Made by a program: the position numbers and the translations under genes. Shown in pieces: positions 1 through 12,443 of a stretch of 62,715 nt of DNA. The DNA is from Patescibacteria group bacterium. Its GTDB lineage: Bacteria; Patescibacteriota; Gracilibacteria; BD1-5; UBA2023. The first letter of the stretch is position 1; each line of letters starts with the position of its first letter. Location: the NCBI GenBank assembly GCA_031539165.1, contig JAVKLK010000034.1, positions 1 to 62,715 on the forward strand, read 5' to 3'. Below the pieces are notes generated by a model, which was not told the DNA's origin, made no database searches, and worked only from the letters and a program-made list of their open reading frames with translations.

Positions 1-1
1 A

Positions 2-994
2 TACACCGCTCTTCTTCCTACCTCTGCTTCTGGAGCTTCCTCTACTGGAGCAGCTCTTACTATCACTGGGTCTGTTATCACCCAACTGGTAACAAACTAT
101 ACGAGTGGGGGGAGTAGTGCGAGTGTGTCGAGTGTCACTCCGACATTCTCACTTTCTTCTTGGGTACAAAAAGCAGCCCCATCTATTTCGAATATGATCC
201 TTACGAATGATGGTGTAAATGTATACGCAAAAGATACTGCCTCAACCACATTTTTGGCATATTCTCCTAGTACAAATACATGGACCACGAAGGCTTCTGC
301 TCCAGGATCATGTCAAACCATTAATTTTGTGAATGGAAAAATTTATTGTATCTGGTCGAATTGGCCAGCTGCATCCCCAGTTGTATATGAATATACTCCT
401 AGTACAAATACATGGACTACTAAGACTTCTGGGCCTGCTGGAGGTAGGTGGTCTTTGACTTCCGCCGTAGTCTCAAATAAGATATATATCTTAGGATGAT
501 GTTCTGGTGCAAATGAGCAATCTCCAGTTACTACTGTGCATATATATGATGTACCATCAGATAGCTGGAGTACGGGGGCATCTTTTGCTACGGCACGATG
601 TTCTCCGATGGCTGCTACAAGCAATGGACAAATCTATTTATTTGGAGGACATCAGTGAAGTGCTGCATTGGCGAGTGTGGAAAAATTTAATCCTACAACA
701 AATACTTGGTCTTCTGCTCCTTCTCTAGCTTCTGGATTGAGTTCGGCTGCAATTACTTCTGTAACAAACAATGCCATCTATTTAATTTGATGACAGAATG
801 CAGGGTGGTTTTGAGGGGGATCAAGCTCAAGCGCATGGTCAGCAGCCAGTATAGAATACTCATCATCAGGACCTACTTCTAAGGCTCAATTGTCCAATTC
901 AGCATACGGTAGTTCTGCCACATTCTTGAATGGAACTCTCTATCTTGGAGTTGGATGATGATCCTTAGTAAATCAATTTTTTGCTGGAAATTAA
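2..994 (+). CDS. Kelch-repeat beta-propeller protein; 5' end lies outside the window
   Basis: Frame 2 is open from the window edge to TAA at 992-994 when TGA is read as Gly. It contains repeated blades of the form ..TNTW(T/S)..A..P......NGKIY..GG. The GG after IY(L/I) is repeatedly spelled TGA or TGA-TGA (497, 656, 790-795, 820, 955-960). Confidence 0.75.
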
Positions 995-1021
995 ATAAAA
1001 GAGAGAGAATCTCGATGCCAG

Positions 1022-1050
1022 TTGACATAGTATAAATTATATGTGACAAT
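1022..1050 (+). promoter_or_regulatory. Possible sigma70-type promoter (TTGACA, 17 nt, TGtGACAAT)
   Basis: TTGACA sits at 1022-1027. An extended -10-like tgtGACAAT ends at 1050, 24 nt before the ATG at 1074. Confidence 0.3.
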
Positions 1051-1073
1051 GTTCGTGTAATAACTTTACGAAT

Positions 1074-1466
1074 ATGTCACAGCTCACTCTCGACTTCAAT
1101 CCTCCTTCTGGCTCCGTTCGAACTGGTGAAGTTCGTGCACAGTCAAGTGTTCAATACCATGCAGATGCAAGTATGATTGAAAGTTCCCGCTTTGCTCTCA
1201 AGATGAGCCTAAGGAATCGAAGTTTTCTTATTCGCTGAGTGTACCATATGTCACAGGTGAATCAGTTCATGGATGAAAGTCTTTCCCGTATTGTGGATTA
1301 TGTGCACATCGATAGAATTCTTACCTACCGAAATGGGCAGTATGTGCATATTCCCGTTTTAAAAAACGAGGAAATATACCTCCTCCATACTACCAAGGAG
1401 ATTCTAAAAACCCCATACAGCAACCCGTTTCTTACGCTTCGCTTCGATCGTGCCGTTGAGAAATAA
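1074..1466 (+). CDS. Hypothetical protein (130 aa)
   Basis: ATG at 1074 is in frame with track ORF 1239..1466 through a single TGA at 1236-1238. The stop is TAA. An in-frame ATG at 1041 is an alternative start. Confidence 0.55.
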
Positions 1467-1552
1467 GAAGAATTTCTGAGATAAAATCCATGCTCTATCC
1501 CACTAGGGCATGCTTTACAATTCTTTCGGAATCTCTGTTCCTCACGATTCAG

Positions 1553-1580
1553 TTGGAAAATCTTGTGTTCTGGTTACACT
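1553..1580 (+). promoter_or_regulatory. Promoter for tRNA-Arg(CCU): TTGGAA, 16 nt, TACACT
   Basis: The -35 TTGGAA is at 1553-1558 and the -10 TACACT at 1575-1580, 10 nt before the tRNA 5' end. The -10 context ACTCTGCC is shared with the second tRNA promoter at 14792. Confidence 0.5.
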
Positions 1581-1590
1581 CTGCCCAATC

Positions 1591-1665
1591 GCCCTCATAG
1601 TTCAGTGGATAGAACAAGGCACTCCTAAGGCTTAGACACACGTTCGATTCGTGTTGAGGGCACCA
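1591..1665 (+). tRNA. tRNA-Arg (anticodon CCU), CCA encoded
   Basis: The cloverleaf was folded by hand. Acceptor GCCCTCA/TGAGGGC, D stem GTTC/GAAC, T arm ACACG-TTCGATT-CGTGT, anticodon loop CTCCTAA. There is one A-G mismatch at the base of the anticodon stem. Confidence 0.75.
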
Positions 1666-1721
1666 TGCCCACATCTACGGATGTGCAGGAGAGGATCGAA
1701 ACCGTAAAAAATTGAAATACC

Positions 1722-3203
1722 ATGAGTATGATAGCACGAATCACGATAGTTGGACGTCCAAATGTGGGGAAATCCAGCCTTTTTAATGCACTTACCGGAC
1801 ATAAAATAGCCATTGTCTCAGATATAGAGAACACTACTCGGGACATACTCGAGTATCAGGTGCATGACCTCAAGGCTGAGATATCCTATGTTATAGCTGA
1901 TTCTGGGGGGCTTGCCTTTGGAAAGAATGACGAGATACTTGCCGATGTGCGTTCTCGTGTTGCAGAATCGATCGATCGATCCGATATTATTTTGTTTGTT
2001 CTCGAATACGATCGCGTGACGGATCATGACGCTGAAATTGCTCGACTTCTTCGTAAATCCGGGAAAAAGGTGATTGTAGCGGCGAATAAAGCAGATAACG
2101 CCGATAGAATGAGAGAGGCTCAATCACTGCTTTCTCTTGGTTTTGGAGAAGTTATTCCGACAAGTTCGGTTCATTCTCGGGGTATAGAGATGCTTCGAGA
2201 GGCGTTTGCCACAGAGTTGAAGCGAACAGGATACTCATACAATGAACCAGAGTATGATGCAGAAACCCTCAAGGTAGCGATTATCGGACGCCCAAATGTG
2301 GGGAAATCTTCTTTAGTGAACGCTATTACAGGAGAAAACCGCTCCATGGTTCGAGATATGCCAGGAACGACCCGAGATTCCATTGATACAGTTGTTGAAT
2401 ATGAAGGGCAGAAGGTTGTTTTGATTGACACGGCAGGAATTCGTCGATCGGGAAAGATTGGGGCAAGAAATATTGAAGACTGGAGCGTTATGCGAAGTGA
2501 ACGAGCCATCGAACGTGCCGATGTTGCTGTTATTGTTCTTGATGCAAATGAAGGAATTACCGGGCAGGATCAGGCAATCGTTGGGAAAGCTCTTGAGTTA
2601 GCCAAAGGACTTATTCTTGTATTTAATAAGTGGGATATTGTTCTCTCTCGTAAGGATGTGGATCTTTCGAATGTTGAGAAAGATTATATGGGGTACTTGA
2701 AACGAAAGTTTGAATTCGTCGATTATGTAACTCCAATTTTTACGAGTGCTCTCGATGGAAATCGAGTTCATGAGGTTCTTGGGAATGCCCTTGCTATCAA
2801 GGCTGAACGAAGAAAGCGGGTAAAAACGGGGATATTTAACAGTTTTATTGAGCAGATTATCTACAAGCATGCTCCTTCTGGAAATAAAAAATCCCATAAA
2901 CCGAAGATATTTTACGGTTCTCAAGTTGATATTGAACCTCCAAAGTTCCTCATCTCCGTGAATAATGAGAAACACTTTCATTTCTCTTATCCACGATATA
3001 TCGAAAACCAAATCCGAGAGCATTTTGGATTTGCTGGTACTCCCGTCATCATTGAACTCAAGGGGCGTGATAGTATCTACAAGAAGGGTGGCGGACTTAA
3101 AACGGAGGAAGATATTGCCGAGCTTGCAGAAAAATTTCACTCCGAAAAAGACTACAAACGGAAACGATTCAGTAGAGGAGTCCGAAAGAAGAAACGAATT
3201 TAG
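1722..3203 (+). CDS. der: Ribosome-associated GTPase Der/EngA (two tandem GTPase domains plus KH-like C-terminus, Lys-rich tail)
   Basis: Two G1 motifs GRPNVGKSS (residues ~10 and ~188), each with DTAG/NKxD-type motifs. The 493-aa ORF is uninterrupted in the track. Confidence 0.92.
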   Translation: MSMIARITIVGRPNVGKSSLFNALTGHKIAIVSDIENTTRDILEYQVHDLKAEISYVIADSGGLAFGKNDEILADVRSRVAESIDRSDIILFVLEYDRVTDHDAEIARLLRKSGKKVIVAANKADNADRMREAQSLLSLGFGEVIPTSSVHSRGIEMLREAFATELKRTGYSYNEPEYDAETLKVAIIGRPNVGKSSLVNAITGENRSMVRDMPGTTRDSIDTVVEYEGQKVVLIDTAGIRRSGKIGARNIEDWSVMRSERAIERADVAVIVLDANEGITGQDQAIVGKALELAKGLILVFNKWDIVLSRKDVDLSNVEKDYMGYLKRKFEFVDYVTPIFTSALDGNRVHEVLGNALAIKAERRKRVKTGIFNSFIEQIIYKHAPSGNKKSHKPKIFYGSQVDIEPPKFLISVNNEKHFHFSYPRYIENQIREHFGFAGTPVIIELKGRDSIYKKGGGLKTEEDIAELAEKFHSEKDYKRKRFSRGVRKKKRI

Positions 3204-4516
3204 ACAAGTCTGTTTTTCCCTGCGGCGATGAGAATCGCCGCTATTTTTTTGGAAATTTCTCCTCGAGAATTCGATTGATCGAGCATAACTTGAGGAGATG
3301 CATTGAAGGCGAATCCGATCGTGTGAAGGAGAATCGCCATATCGAGAATGAGCTGTGGAATGCGCATAATCTCTTCTCTATCGAGTGTGAAATTAAGAAG
3401 AATGCTTGTGAGGGTCTTTTCTTGTGTCTCTGATGCTTCAAATGGGTTGCATATCACATCGAAATGTACTGGTCTCCCGAGGGCTCAGTAAGCGGATTGT
3501 ACTCGAAGAAAATTCTCGAGAAATACCTCTCTTGATGCTACTGGAATGAGAAAATCAAGAGTACAATTGATTCCACTGACACTTCGCGTAATTCAGAGAT
3601 TCATCTCAGATATGCCAGTATTTCCTGTTTTAAGGGCAATACCAGTTCGATTGTTTTTTGGTAAAAGAGTATTGCCAAAATCTCGGGGAAATGCGAGAGA
3701 GAAGTATTCTCGATAGGAGTCGAGTACAGGGTCGCCACTCCCTTTATCTGGATAGCTCACAGAAGAAACATATTGAGCAGGAACTCACCGCATAATTTCA
3801 TCTGCTTGTTCAGAGATTCGTGCAATATGAGCGTTTGCCTCCGAGAGAGATTCTCCTGAGTCTTCATTGATTGGTGCAAGAAGAGTATGGTAGATATCTT
3901 GGCCTACGGAAAACGTCTGTTGGCCATTAAAGTAGCTGCAGAGGTTGGGTATGCGTATTTGTGTAGGTTGAGGGAGAGCATATCGAGAGCTTGATATGCC
4001 TGGTACTTCCCGCACGACTCTTCCATCTTGCAAAAGGTGTTTTCCGAGAGTTTTTATCAAAAAAAGAATGTCCTCTGAAGACCATGCAGTTTGATCTTCA
4101 TCTTTCCCGAATGAGGCGGAAATTTCATAAGGAGTGTACAATCCTATTTTCCCTGAAGCCTCTTTTTTCGCTACTCGATTTCAAAGATTGAAGTCTATAT
4201 TAGGGATATTCGTTTGGGTATATGTTTCCGCAATAATTCTAAATATAACTCAGTCTATGAAAGTGCTGAATTTTTCTGGTACGAGAAATGACACCTGAAA
4301 TCCTCGTCGCCTCTTTGTCCTCCCCCTTTGTCTTTCAATTCACCCAATGGAAAGAGTTCCATTTTGCAACAAAGGTATCCCAAGAGAGAAGGTAACTTTC
4401 TGCTTTTCTGTCTTCTGCACGAGCATAGTAAGAGCGCTTTCGAATCGGAGCTCTACGGTGTCAGTATATGCTTCTCGATATATATCGTGCTGAAAAGAGA
4501 GGGGTTGTTTGTGCAT
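3200..4516 (-). CDS. Hypothetical protein (438 aa), function not recognised
   Basis: Track ORFs 4340..4522, 3785..4141 and 3200..3457 share one frame. Hand translation joins them through TGA codons only (4340, 4250, 4181, 3785, 3593, 3485). The stop is TAA at 3200-3202, overlapping the der stop by 4 nt. Confidence 0.6.
3222..3250 (+). terminator. Rho-independent terminator of der, embedded in the 3' coding end of the convergent gene
   Basis: Perfect 8-bp stem GCGGCGAT/ATCGCCGC with a GAGA loop, followed by TATTTTTTT. Confidence 0.7.
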
Positions 4517-4521
4517 GGGCA

Positions 4522-4989
4522 CTAATTACGAACGGACTGCCAGGTTACTGCTGAAAGTTTCATGTAGGAGGATTTTGCATTGGCGAGATTTGATGCCGCC
4601 AGTTCACGATAGGCTTTTTGTTTGCTTCTTTCTGCTGCGGCAACATTTCGAAAGTATTCGTTCATGGAAAAGGTGAGGTTTTCTAGCTCTCGCACAATAT
4701 CTCGTGCCTCATAGGAGTTTAATTCTCCGCTTTTCACTCTTCGAATAACCTCCTGTTTTACCTGAGATACAAAATACTTTGTCTGAGAGAGTCGCACTTG
4801 CTCTGTGGTATTTTTTAGAGGAAAATCTCGTACCTGAATCGATTGGATTCTTGTTATTTCGGGGCTTGAAGAAACAATATTACTCAGGAAAAAATCGTTT
4901 GCCTGAGCAGAAGTATTGAGAGTAAGACTGAACATGCCTGCGATTCCGCAGATGAGACCGAAAGAGGCCCGAAGAAAAAGGGATGACAT
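4522..4989 (-). CDS. Secreted or membrane-anchored hypothetical protein (155 aa)
   Basis: Uninterrupted ORF with an N-terminal hydrophobic signal-like segment ending ..NTSAQA. Its stop TAG abuts the start of the downstream 438-aa gene. Confidence 0.6.
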   Translation of the reverse strand: MSSLFLRASFGLICGIAGMFSLTLNTSAQANDFFLSNIVSSSPEITRIQSIQVRDFPLKNTTEQVRLSQTKYFVSQVKQEVIRRVKSGELNSYEARDIVRELENLTFSMNEYFRNVAAAERSKQKAYRELAASNLANAKSSYMKLSAVTWQSVRN

Positions 4990-5054
4990 AAGTAACTTAT
5001 ACTTTCCATAAAGTATATGTCAAGTTATTTGCAATATTGAAGCATTTCTATACA

Positions 5055-7028
<1,974 letters not shown>

Positions 7029-7081
7029 GATTTTCTCCCCCTTTTCTTTTTTTTCGTTTTGTCCTCCGGTATAACCAGGAT

Positions 7082-8926
7082 ATGAAACGAATAATTTTCT
7101 GGTGTATACTTTTGCTTGTTGCATGAGGTACAGCTTTTGCGAGCGGGATCGCTCTCTATAGTGCTCTTCCAAATACCGATGATGATGCAGCGCTCGAATA
7201 TATTGAGCTCTGGAATGATGGATGTGAAGAAGTGTCCCTTGCCTGAGTTACTTTGCGGGATGCTTCAGGGAAAACATTTACCATAAGTTCGGGCATACTG
7301 AGTCCCTGAGATATCCGAAGAATTCCTCGGTCTGAATCGAAAATTATTTTAAACAATTCCGAAGAAACACTGGAAATCCTTGATGCTTCTGGTCAAGTAG
7401 TTCAGCATGTTTCGTATGCAACCTCGGAGAGGAATACGCCCATCTCATTTGCCGTGCCTACCACCTGTGAGGTAGAGACCGTCACAGAGGTGGTAGAGTT
7501 TTCTCATTCTTCCGGATCGACCACTCCTCCCGGTACGCAGAGTCAGTCTGGAAGCATACTTGAGTATGCGAGTACATCATCCGTCGAGTCTTCTACTGGA
7601 TCAACGAGCTCATCTAGTGGAACAACTGCCTCGGGAGTGGCTCTGTCTTCACAAACCCAAACCGGAGTAATCCAGATTGTCACTTCGACTGGAATGATCA
7701 TGCCCCTAGAGGGAATTCCTCTTATTGAGCCGATTTGGCTTCGGATTTTTGATAGTGATGGAAATCAAAAGATAGATCGTCTGGAAGTCCAATATTCTGG
7801 AGTTCTTTCGGGAAGTGTCGCATCGGGAGGAGTGCTTATTTCTTCCGCAACTGGATGACTGGCTTCTTCCGGTATTCAGACTGGGACAGGGGTTATTCGA
7901 GAATTGTCGTATTCCGGATCCATACTCCACATTCTCTTGTTTGAGCAGGATAAAGTCTGAACGACACTTCGGATTACCTCTGATACCTCGAGTCATCTTC
8001 GCCTAAAAACGGTTTCTCCATTCGGACTGCTGGATATATGGGGACGTCCAGTGATTCCTATTACTTTGACTCAGTCATTCTCGGGCTATACCTCTGTCAC
8101 GAATGAGGCACTCCCGCCGATAAGTTCACCCCTCTCATTTTCTTCGTCAGCGGCTCCATCAATTCCTTCACCCTCTCCTCCTCTCCTCCAGTCTTCTTCA
8201 TGAGTCCTAAAAAGCTCAAGCACCTGAGGAACGCTTATCTTGACGGGGGCTTCTGTACCGTCGAATCAAAAACAAGATGCTCCGCGAAGTATCCCCGATC
8301 CACTTATTGTGATTCAGTCAGGACTTTCTTCTCATGGACGATGTATGAATCAATCATGCAAAATTAATGTGCGACATCCCGTATTGGAGTCTTTTGAGCG
8401 GTGTCGTTGGACTCTCGACCCAGTGGGTGAGCTTGGAGGAACGATTGACGGATGTAATCCCCGCGCATTTGACTTCCCAGAAGAGGGGTGAGCGATTCAA
8501 CTCACTGTTTATGATGAGAAAAGTCCTTCTCTATTTCGAACAAATACTCTTCTCATATGAGCCTTTCTTCCCACCGCTTTATCCAGCGAGCCCCAGCCCA
8601 CATCTTCTTCATCTTCGCCACAAAAAGTGGTTTCTGAGATACCTCCCAAGGCGGTATCAAAAACAGCGTCAGTGCAGTCATCAAATCCATCTATGCAGAC
8701 GAATTCTAAAAAAACTACTACAAAAACCACGAAGAAAACTTCTCCTTCTTCCAGTCAGAAAGCCTCTTCCGAGTCTTCGACTCCGAAAGAATCAGTGAAA
8801 CCCTCTTCGGCTCGTCAGGTGGATCCCGAAGGCTCTTCTATGATCACTGGTATTATAGGGATTCTTTGCGCGGGAATTGGTTTTGCTGTAGCGCTTTTTC
8901 GGAGCAAAATAGGAACAATTCAGTAG
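7082..8926 (+). CDS. Surface protein with N-terminal lamin-tail-domain-like module, Ser/Thr/Pro-rich linkers and a C-terminal TM anchor (614 aa)
   Basis: Signal-like N-terminus [17 protein letters not shown]-like segment [32 protein letters not shown]. Frame-2 ORFs 7454, 8240 and 8627 join via TGA only. C-terminal hydrophobic [19 protein letters not shown] followed by basic residues. Confidence 0.65.
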
Positions 8927-9009
8927 GGGGTGATTTTGAGATTTTGATGAGTTGTTTGAGTTTTCGGAGAGTCTCTTTACAATTCGGAAAATGTTTTTCC
9001 TCATTCTCT

Positions 9010-9873
9010 ATGAAAAAGATTACGAAATGTGTGATTCCTGCTGCTGGTTTCGGAACAAGATTTCTTCCAGCTACCAAAGCTCAGCCAAAAGAGATGCTTC
9101 CCATTGTTGATAAGCCAGTGATACAGTACCTTGTAGAAGAGGCGGTAGCATCGGGTATCACGGATATTATTATAATTACCGGAAGAGGGAAGCGGAGCAT
9201 TGAGGATCACTTTGATAAATCATTTGAACTCGAACACACTCTTGTTGAAAAATGAAAGGCAAAGGAACTCGCTGAAGTCGAGAAGGTTTCAAATCTTGCA
9301 AACATTGCCTATGTTCGTCAGCCACTTCCTCGTGGAGATGGAGACGCACTTATGTATGCTCGTCATTTTCTTGGAGACGATCCGTTTCTTGTGTTATTTG
9401 GAGACGATCTTGTTATGCATGAAGTGCCTGCTGCAAAACAACTGATAGAAGCATACTATCGCAAACAATCCCCGATTCTCTGTTTGGAGCGAGTGCCAGA
9501 TGAGCGAGTTTCCAGTTACGGTATCATTGAATCTAATTTTACAGAAGGAAGAGTTCACAAAGTTGATCGATTTCTTGAGAAGCCGAAACTCGAAGAAACA
9601 CCATCTCGTTTAGGTGTTGTAGGAAAGTATGTGCTTACGCCAGATATTTTTGATTACATTGAGCGTGCTGGACAAAGTGCTGGGGGGGAGAGGAGACTTG
9701 CTGATGGATTTGTTGAAATGCTCAAAGAGAGAGACATTTATGGGTATGAAATCGAAGGTCGAAGATACGATACGGGTGATAAATTTGGATTTCTCCAAGC
9801 AACTATCGATTATGCTTTGGAGAGAGAAGATCTTGGTCCAAAACTTCGCGAATTTATGAAAAATCGGGCATAG
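9010..9873 (+). CDS. galU: UTP--glucose-1-phosphate uridylyltransferase
   Basis: N-terminus [31 protein letters not shown], then VRQ..P.G.GDA and the EKP motif. One TGA at 9253-9255 falls in ..LVEK-G-KAKEL. Confidence 0.92.
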
Positions 9874-9908
9874 GGAATAGAGCTGAAGTATTCAAACCCC
9901 CTGTACTT

Positions 9909-10628
9909 ATGCGATTGGATCAGGCTGTAGCATCTCTTCTTGGTGTTTCTCGAAACCGAGCACAGTTTTTTGTAAAACATGGACTGGTTCGAGTGGGGTC
10001 AACTATCTGCCTCACTTGTTCTCGGGATGTTGGAGAAGATTCTTCGCTGATTCAAGTAGAATCAAATCCACAACTGTGATATGTTTCTCGAAGTGCTCAG
10101 AAACTCGCAGACTTTCTGGAATTCTCTCGCATACCTGTTTCGGGATTCCGCTGTCTTGATGTTGGGGCTTCGACCGGATGATTCACCCAAGTTCTTCTCG
10201 AGCGAGGAGCTACCCATGTTGTAGCCTTGGATGTTTGAACCGCTCAGCTCCACCCTTCACTTTGTTCGAAAGCAGAGATTACGAAGATGGAAAATACCGA
10301 CATACGTACCTGGAAGAACGAGGAAAAATTCCTTCGAATTACCGCAGATGTATCCTTTATTTCTCTTCGTGAGATTCTCCCTTCTATTTTCTCTCACTTA
10401 TGAGAAAAGGGAATATGTATTGTTCTTTTTAAGCCACAATTTGAACTCTCTCAGCATTGTATTTCCCGTACTGGGATTCCAAAGTCAGAGCGCATCCGTC
10501 AGGAGGCGGTAGAGGCATTTCGAACCTATCTTGCAGAGAATGCTCTACGCGTTCTCTATGAAAAAGAATCAACGCTTCAGGGGGAGGCATGAAATCGGGA
10601 AGTACTGTTTGCTCTGACTCTTTCCTAA
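9909..10628 (+). CDS. tlyA: TlyA-family rRNA 2'-O-methyltransferase (S4 domain plus FtsJ-like domain)
   Basis: GAST-G-G(TGA 10179)-FTQVLLERGA, VALDV-G(TGA)-TAQL and the C-terminal G-N-xEVLF motif are only continuous under table 25. The stop is TAA at 10626. Confidence 0.9.
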
Positions 10629-10696
10629 AAAGAACAAAGTTGTGAGGGCTGAGAGTTGAACTCCCCATAAAATTCTATATCATAGGTTTTTCTCTT

Positions 10697-11464
10697 ATGT
10701 GAAGGTGACCAGTCGTACAGCGCCAAAAAGAACTTACCGCTCAATCAAGGGGGAAGATTTTTACGATTCATGCGAAGCTTATTTCTATTGCAGCCTCTAA
10801 GGGGGCCGACCCCGCTATGAATACTTCTTTAGCGGAAGCGATTTCTCAGGCAAAAAAAGCAAATGTCCCAAACGATACTATTGATCGTGCCATTCGAAGA
10901 TGATCCGGACTAGAAAAGGGAACTCAGTCCATTGAAGAGGTTATATATGAATGATACGGGGCAGGGGGTGTTGCTATTATCGTCCGAGCTTTGACGGATA
11001 ATAGGAATCGAACCGCTCCGAGCATGAGGCATGCATTTAGTAAATGCTCGGGAAACCTTGGTGAAACGGGATCTGTTTCTTCTTTTGCCTTTCGCTTTGC
11101 GGGGTATATTGTTTTGGAGGGAGTTCTTACTCCTACTTTAGAGGAGCTTCTTCTTGAGTCTGGTGCTTCTGACTATCATGAAGAAGAAGATGGGGTACAT
11201 GTTGAAACTGCTTGGCATGATTTTGCAAAGGTTCGAACGTTTTTTCAGGAGAGAAATATTTCCCTGATAGAGTCAGGTTGAACCTATCTCCCTACGAATC
11301 TTATTACACTCTCGGAGTTTGACAAAGCCCTCAAAGTTCATAGTCTCATTGAGACGCTTGAACAAGATGAGGATGTAGAATCCGTGTGGCATAATGCGAG
11401 TATTCCAGAAGAGATTCAGAAGCAAATTCTTGAGCACCTTCAAAATAACCGATTTCGAACCTAA
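10697..11464 (+). CDS. yebC: YebC/PmpR-family transcriptional regulator
   Basis: RGKIFTIHAKLISIAASKGADP..N..L..AI..AK..NVPNDTIDRAI and a YEGYG-type motif (YE-TGA-YGAGG). The start reads ATG TGA AGG TGA (M-G-R-G). The stop is TAA at 11462. Confidence 0.85.
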
Positions 11465-11465
11465 T

Positions 11466-11948
11466 ATGAACCCAACAGACGCTCAAACAGGCGATGGAGC
11501 TCAGACTGGAGCTACTTCAGATGGTGGGACTCCGCCTCGACCGCCTCGAATTACTCCTCCTAAGAAACCAGAAAACGAGATATTTTATGATCTCGCCTCA
11601 ATTCATCCTCTCTCTGACTTTGATGAGGTATACTTTCTGGATTTACTGGAGCATTCCCTCTCTCTTTCTGTTTCTGAGAAGAAACGAGTCGTTGATGCTA
11701 TTCCCACTCTTTCTCAATTTCAAGTGGATGAGCTTCATAAGGTATTCGAAGATGAGCGTGAAGAATTCAAAAAACTTCTCACAAAAGAAGGAGATGTGAT
11801 TCGAGACTTAGTGGTAAAAGCAAAAGAGGGGTGGACACAACTGAGAGGCATGTATCTGGATGAACAGCGCGAGTTCGAAAAACAAAATATGGACGCTGCA
11901 AAAATGAATGAGTTGAAGCATTTGCTCGACGAATCAGACGAGGCATAG
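11466..11948 (+). CDS. Hypothetical acidic protein with a Pro-rich N-terminus (160 aa)
   Basis: ATG lies 2 nt after the yebC stop. The ORF is uninterrupted to TAG and is followed by a hairpin terminator. Confidence 0.55.
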   Translation: MNPTDAQTGDGAQTGATSDGGTPPRPPRITPPKKPENEIFYDLASIHPLSDFDEVYFLDLLEHSLSLSVSEKKRVVDAIPTLSQFQVDELHKVFEDEREEFKKLLTKEGDVIRDLVVKAKEGWTQLRGMYLDEQREFEKQNMDAAKMNELKHLLDESDEA

Positions 11949-11976
11949 TTTTCTCGAGTAAAGCCCTGCCTCATTC

Positions 11977-12009
11977 ATATGCCCTAATTCCCAAGGGGCA
12001 TATTTTTTA
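11977..12009. terminator. Hairpin terminator between convergent genes
   Basis: Stem ATATGCCC/GGGCATAT followed by a T-run on the plus strand. The yraN stop codon (11984-11986) lies inside the hairpin. Confidence 0.6.
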
Positions 12010-12343
12010 TGTGAGTAAGCCTGACCCCACTAGGGGTCCTATCTATTCCAATAAAATCGAATTGGAGAACATCTTCAGAAAGATTCTCTTTGAAGGCGTA
12101 ATACTGCATAGCTCGCACAATTCGAAATTGTTTTTTCTTTGTAAGGCCCTCAAGGGAACTTCACTTTTGGGCTGTTCGGCGGTATTTTACCTCGATGCAA
12201 ATGACCTTTCCTCATTTGCTTGCGACTATGTCAATCTCTCCTCCGCGGATATACCAGTTCTTCAAGATAATACCATACCCATTTCGCACGAGATATTCCT
12301 CAGCAAGAGTTTCTCAGAAAATGCCCGTAGTTCGATGATTCAT
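11984..12343 (-). CDS. yraN: YraN-family (UPF0102) endonuclease-like protein
   Basis: Minus-strand translation gives MNHRTTGIF-G-ETLAEEYL..NGY.I..KNW..RGGEIDIVASK-G-GKVICIEVKYR, the family signature GEIDlIa....vfVEVK.R. It has 3 in-frame TGA and a TAG stop. Confidence 0.8.
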
Positions 12344-12443
12344 AAAAAAATTTCTGATAGACTACCGGTACTTTCGGAAATCTTGCAGAAATTTTCAGGA
12401 AATTTTTGAAAACGGAGCTCTCTCAGAAATAGGAGGGGGTAAA

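Noticed and set aside
12011-12409. Plus-strand 132-aa ORF with no stops.
   Set aside because: The composition is not protein-like. The opposite strand encodes a recognisable YraN-family protein under table 25.
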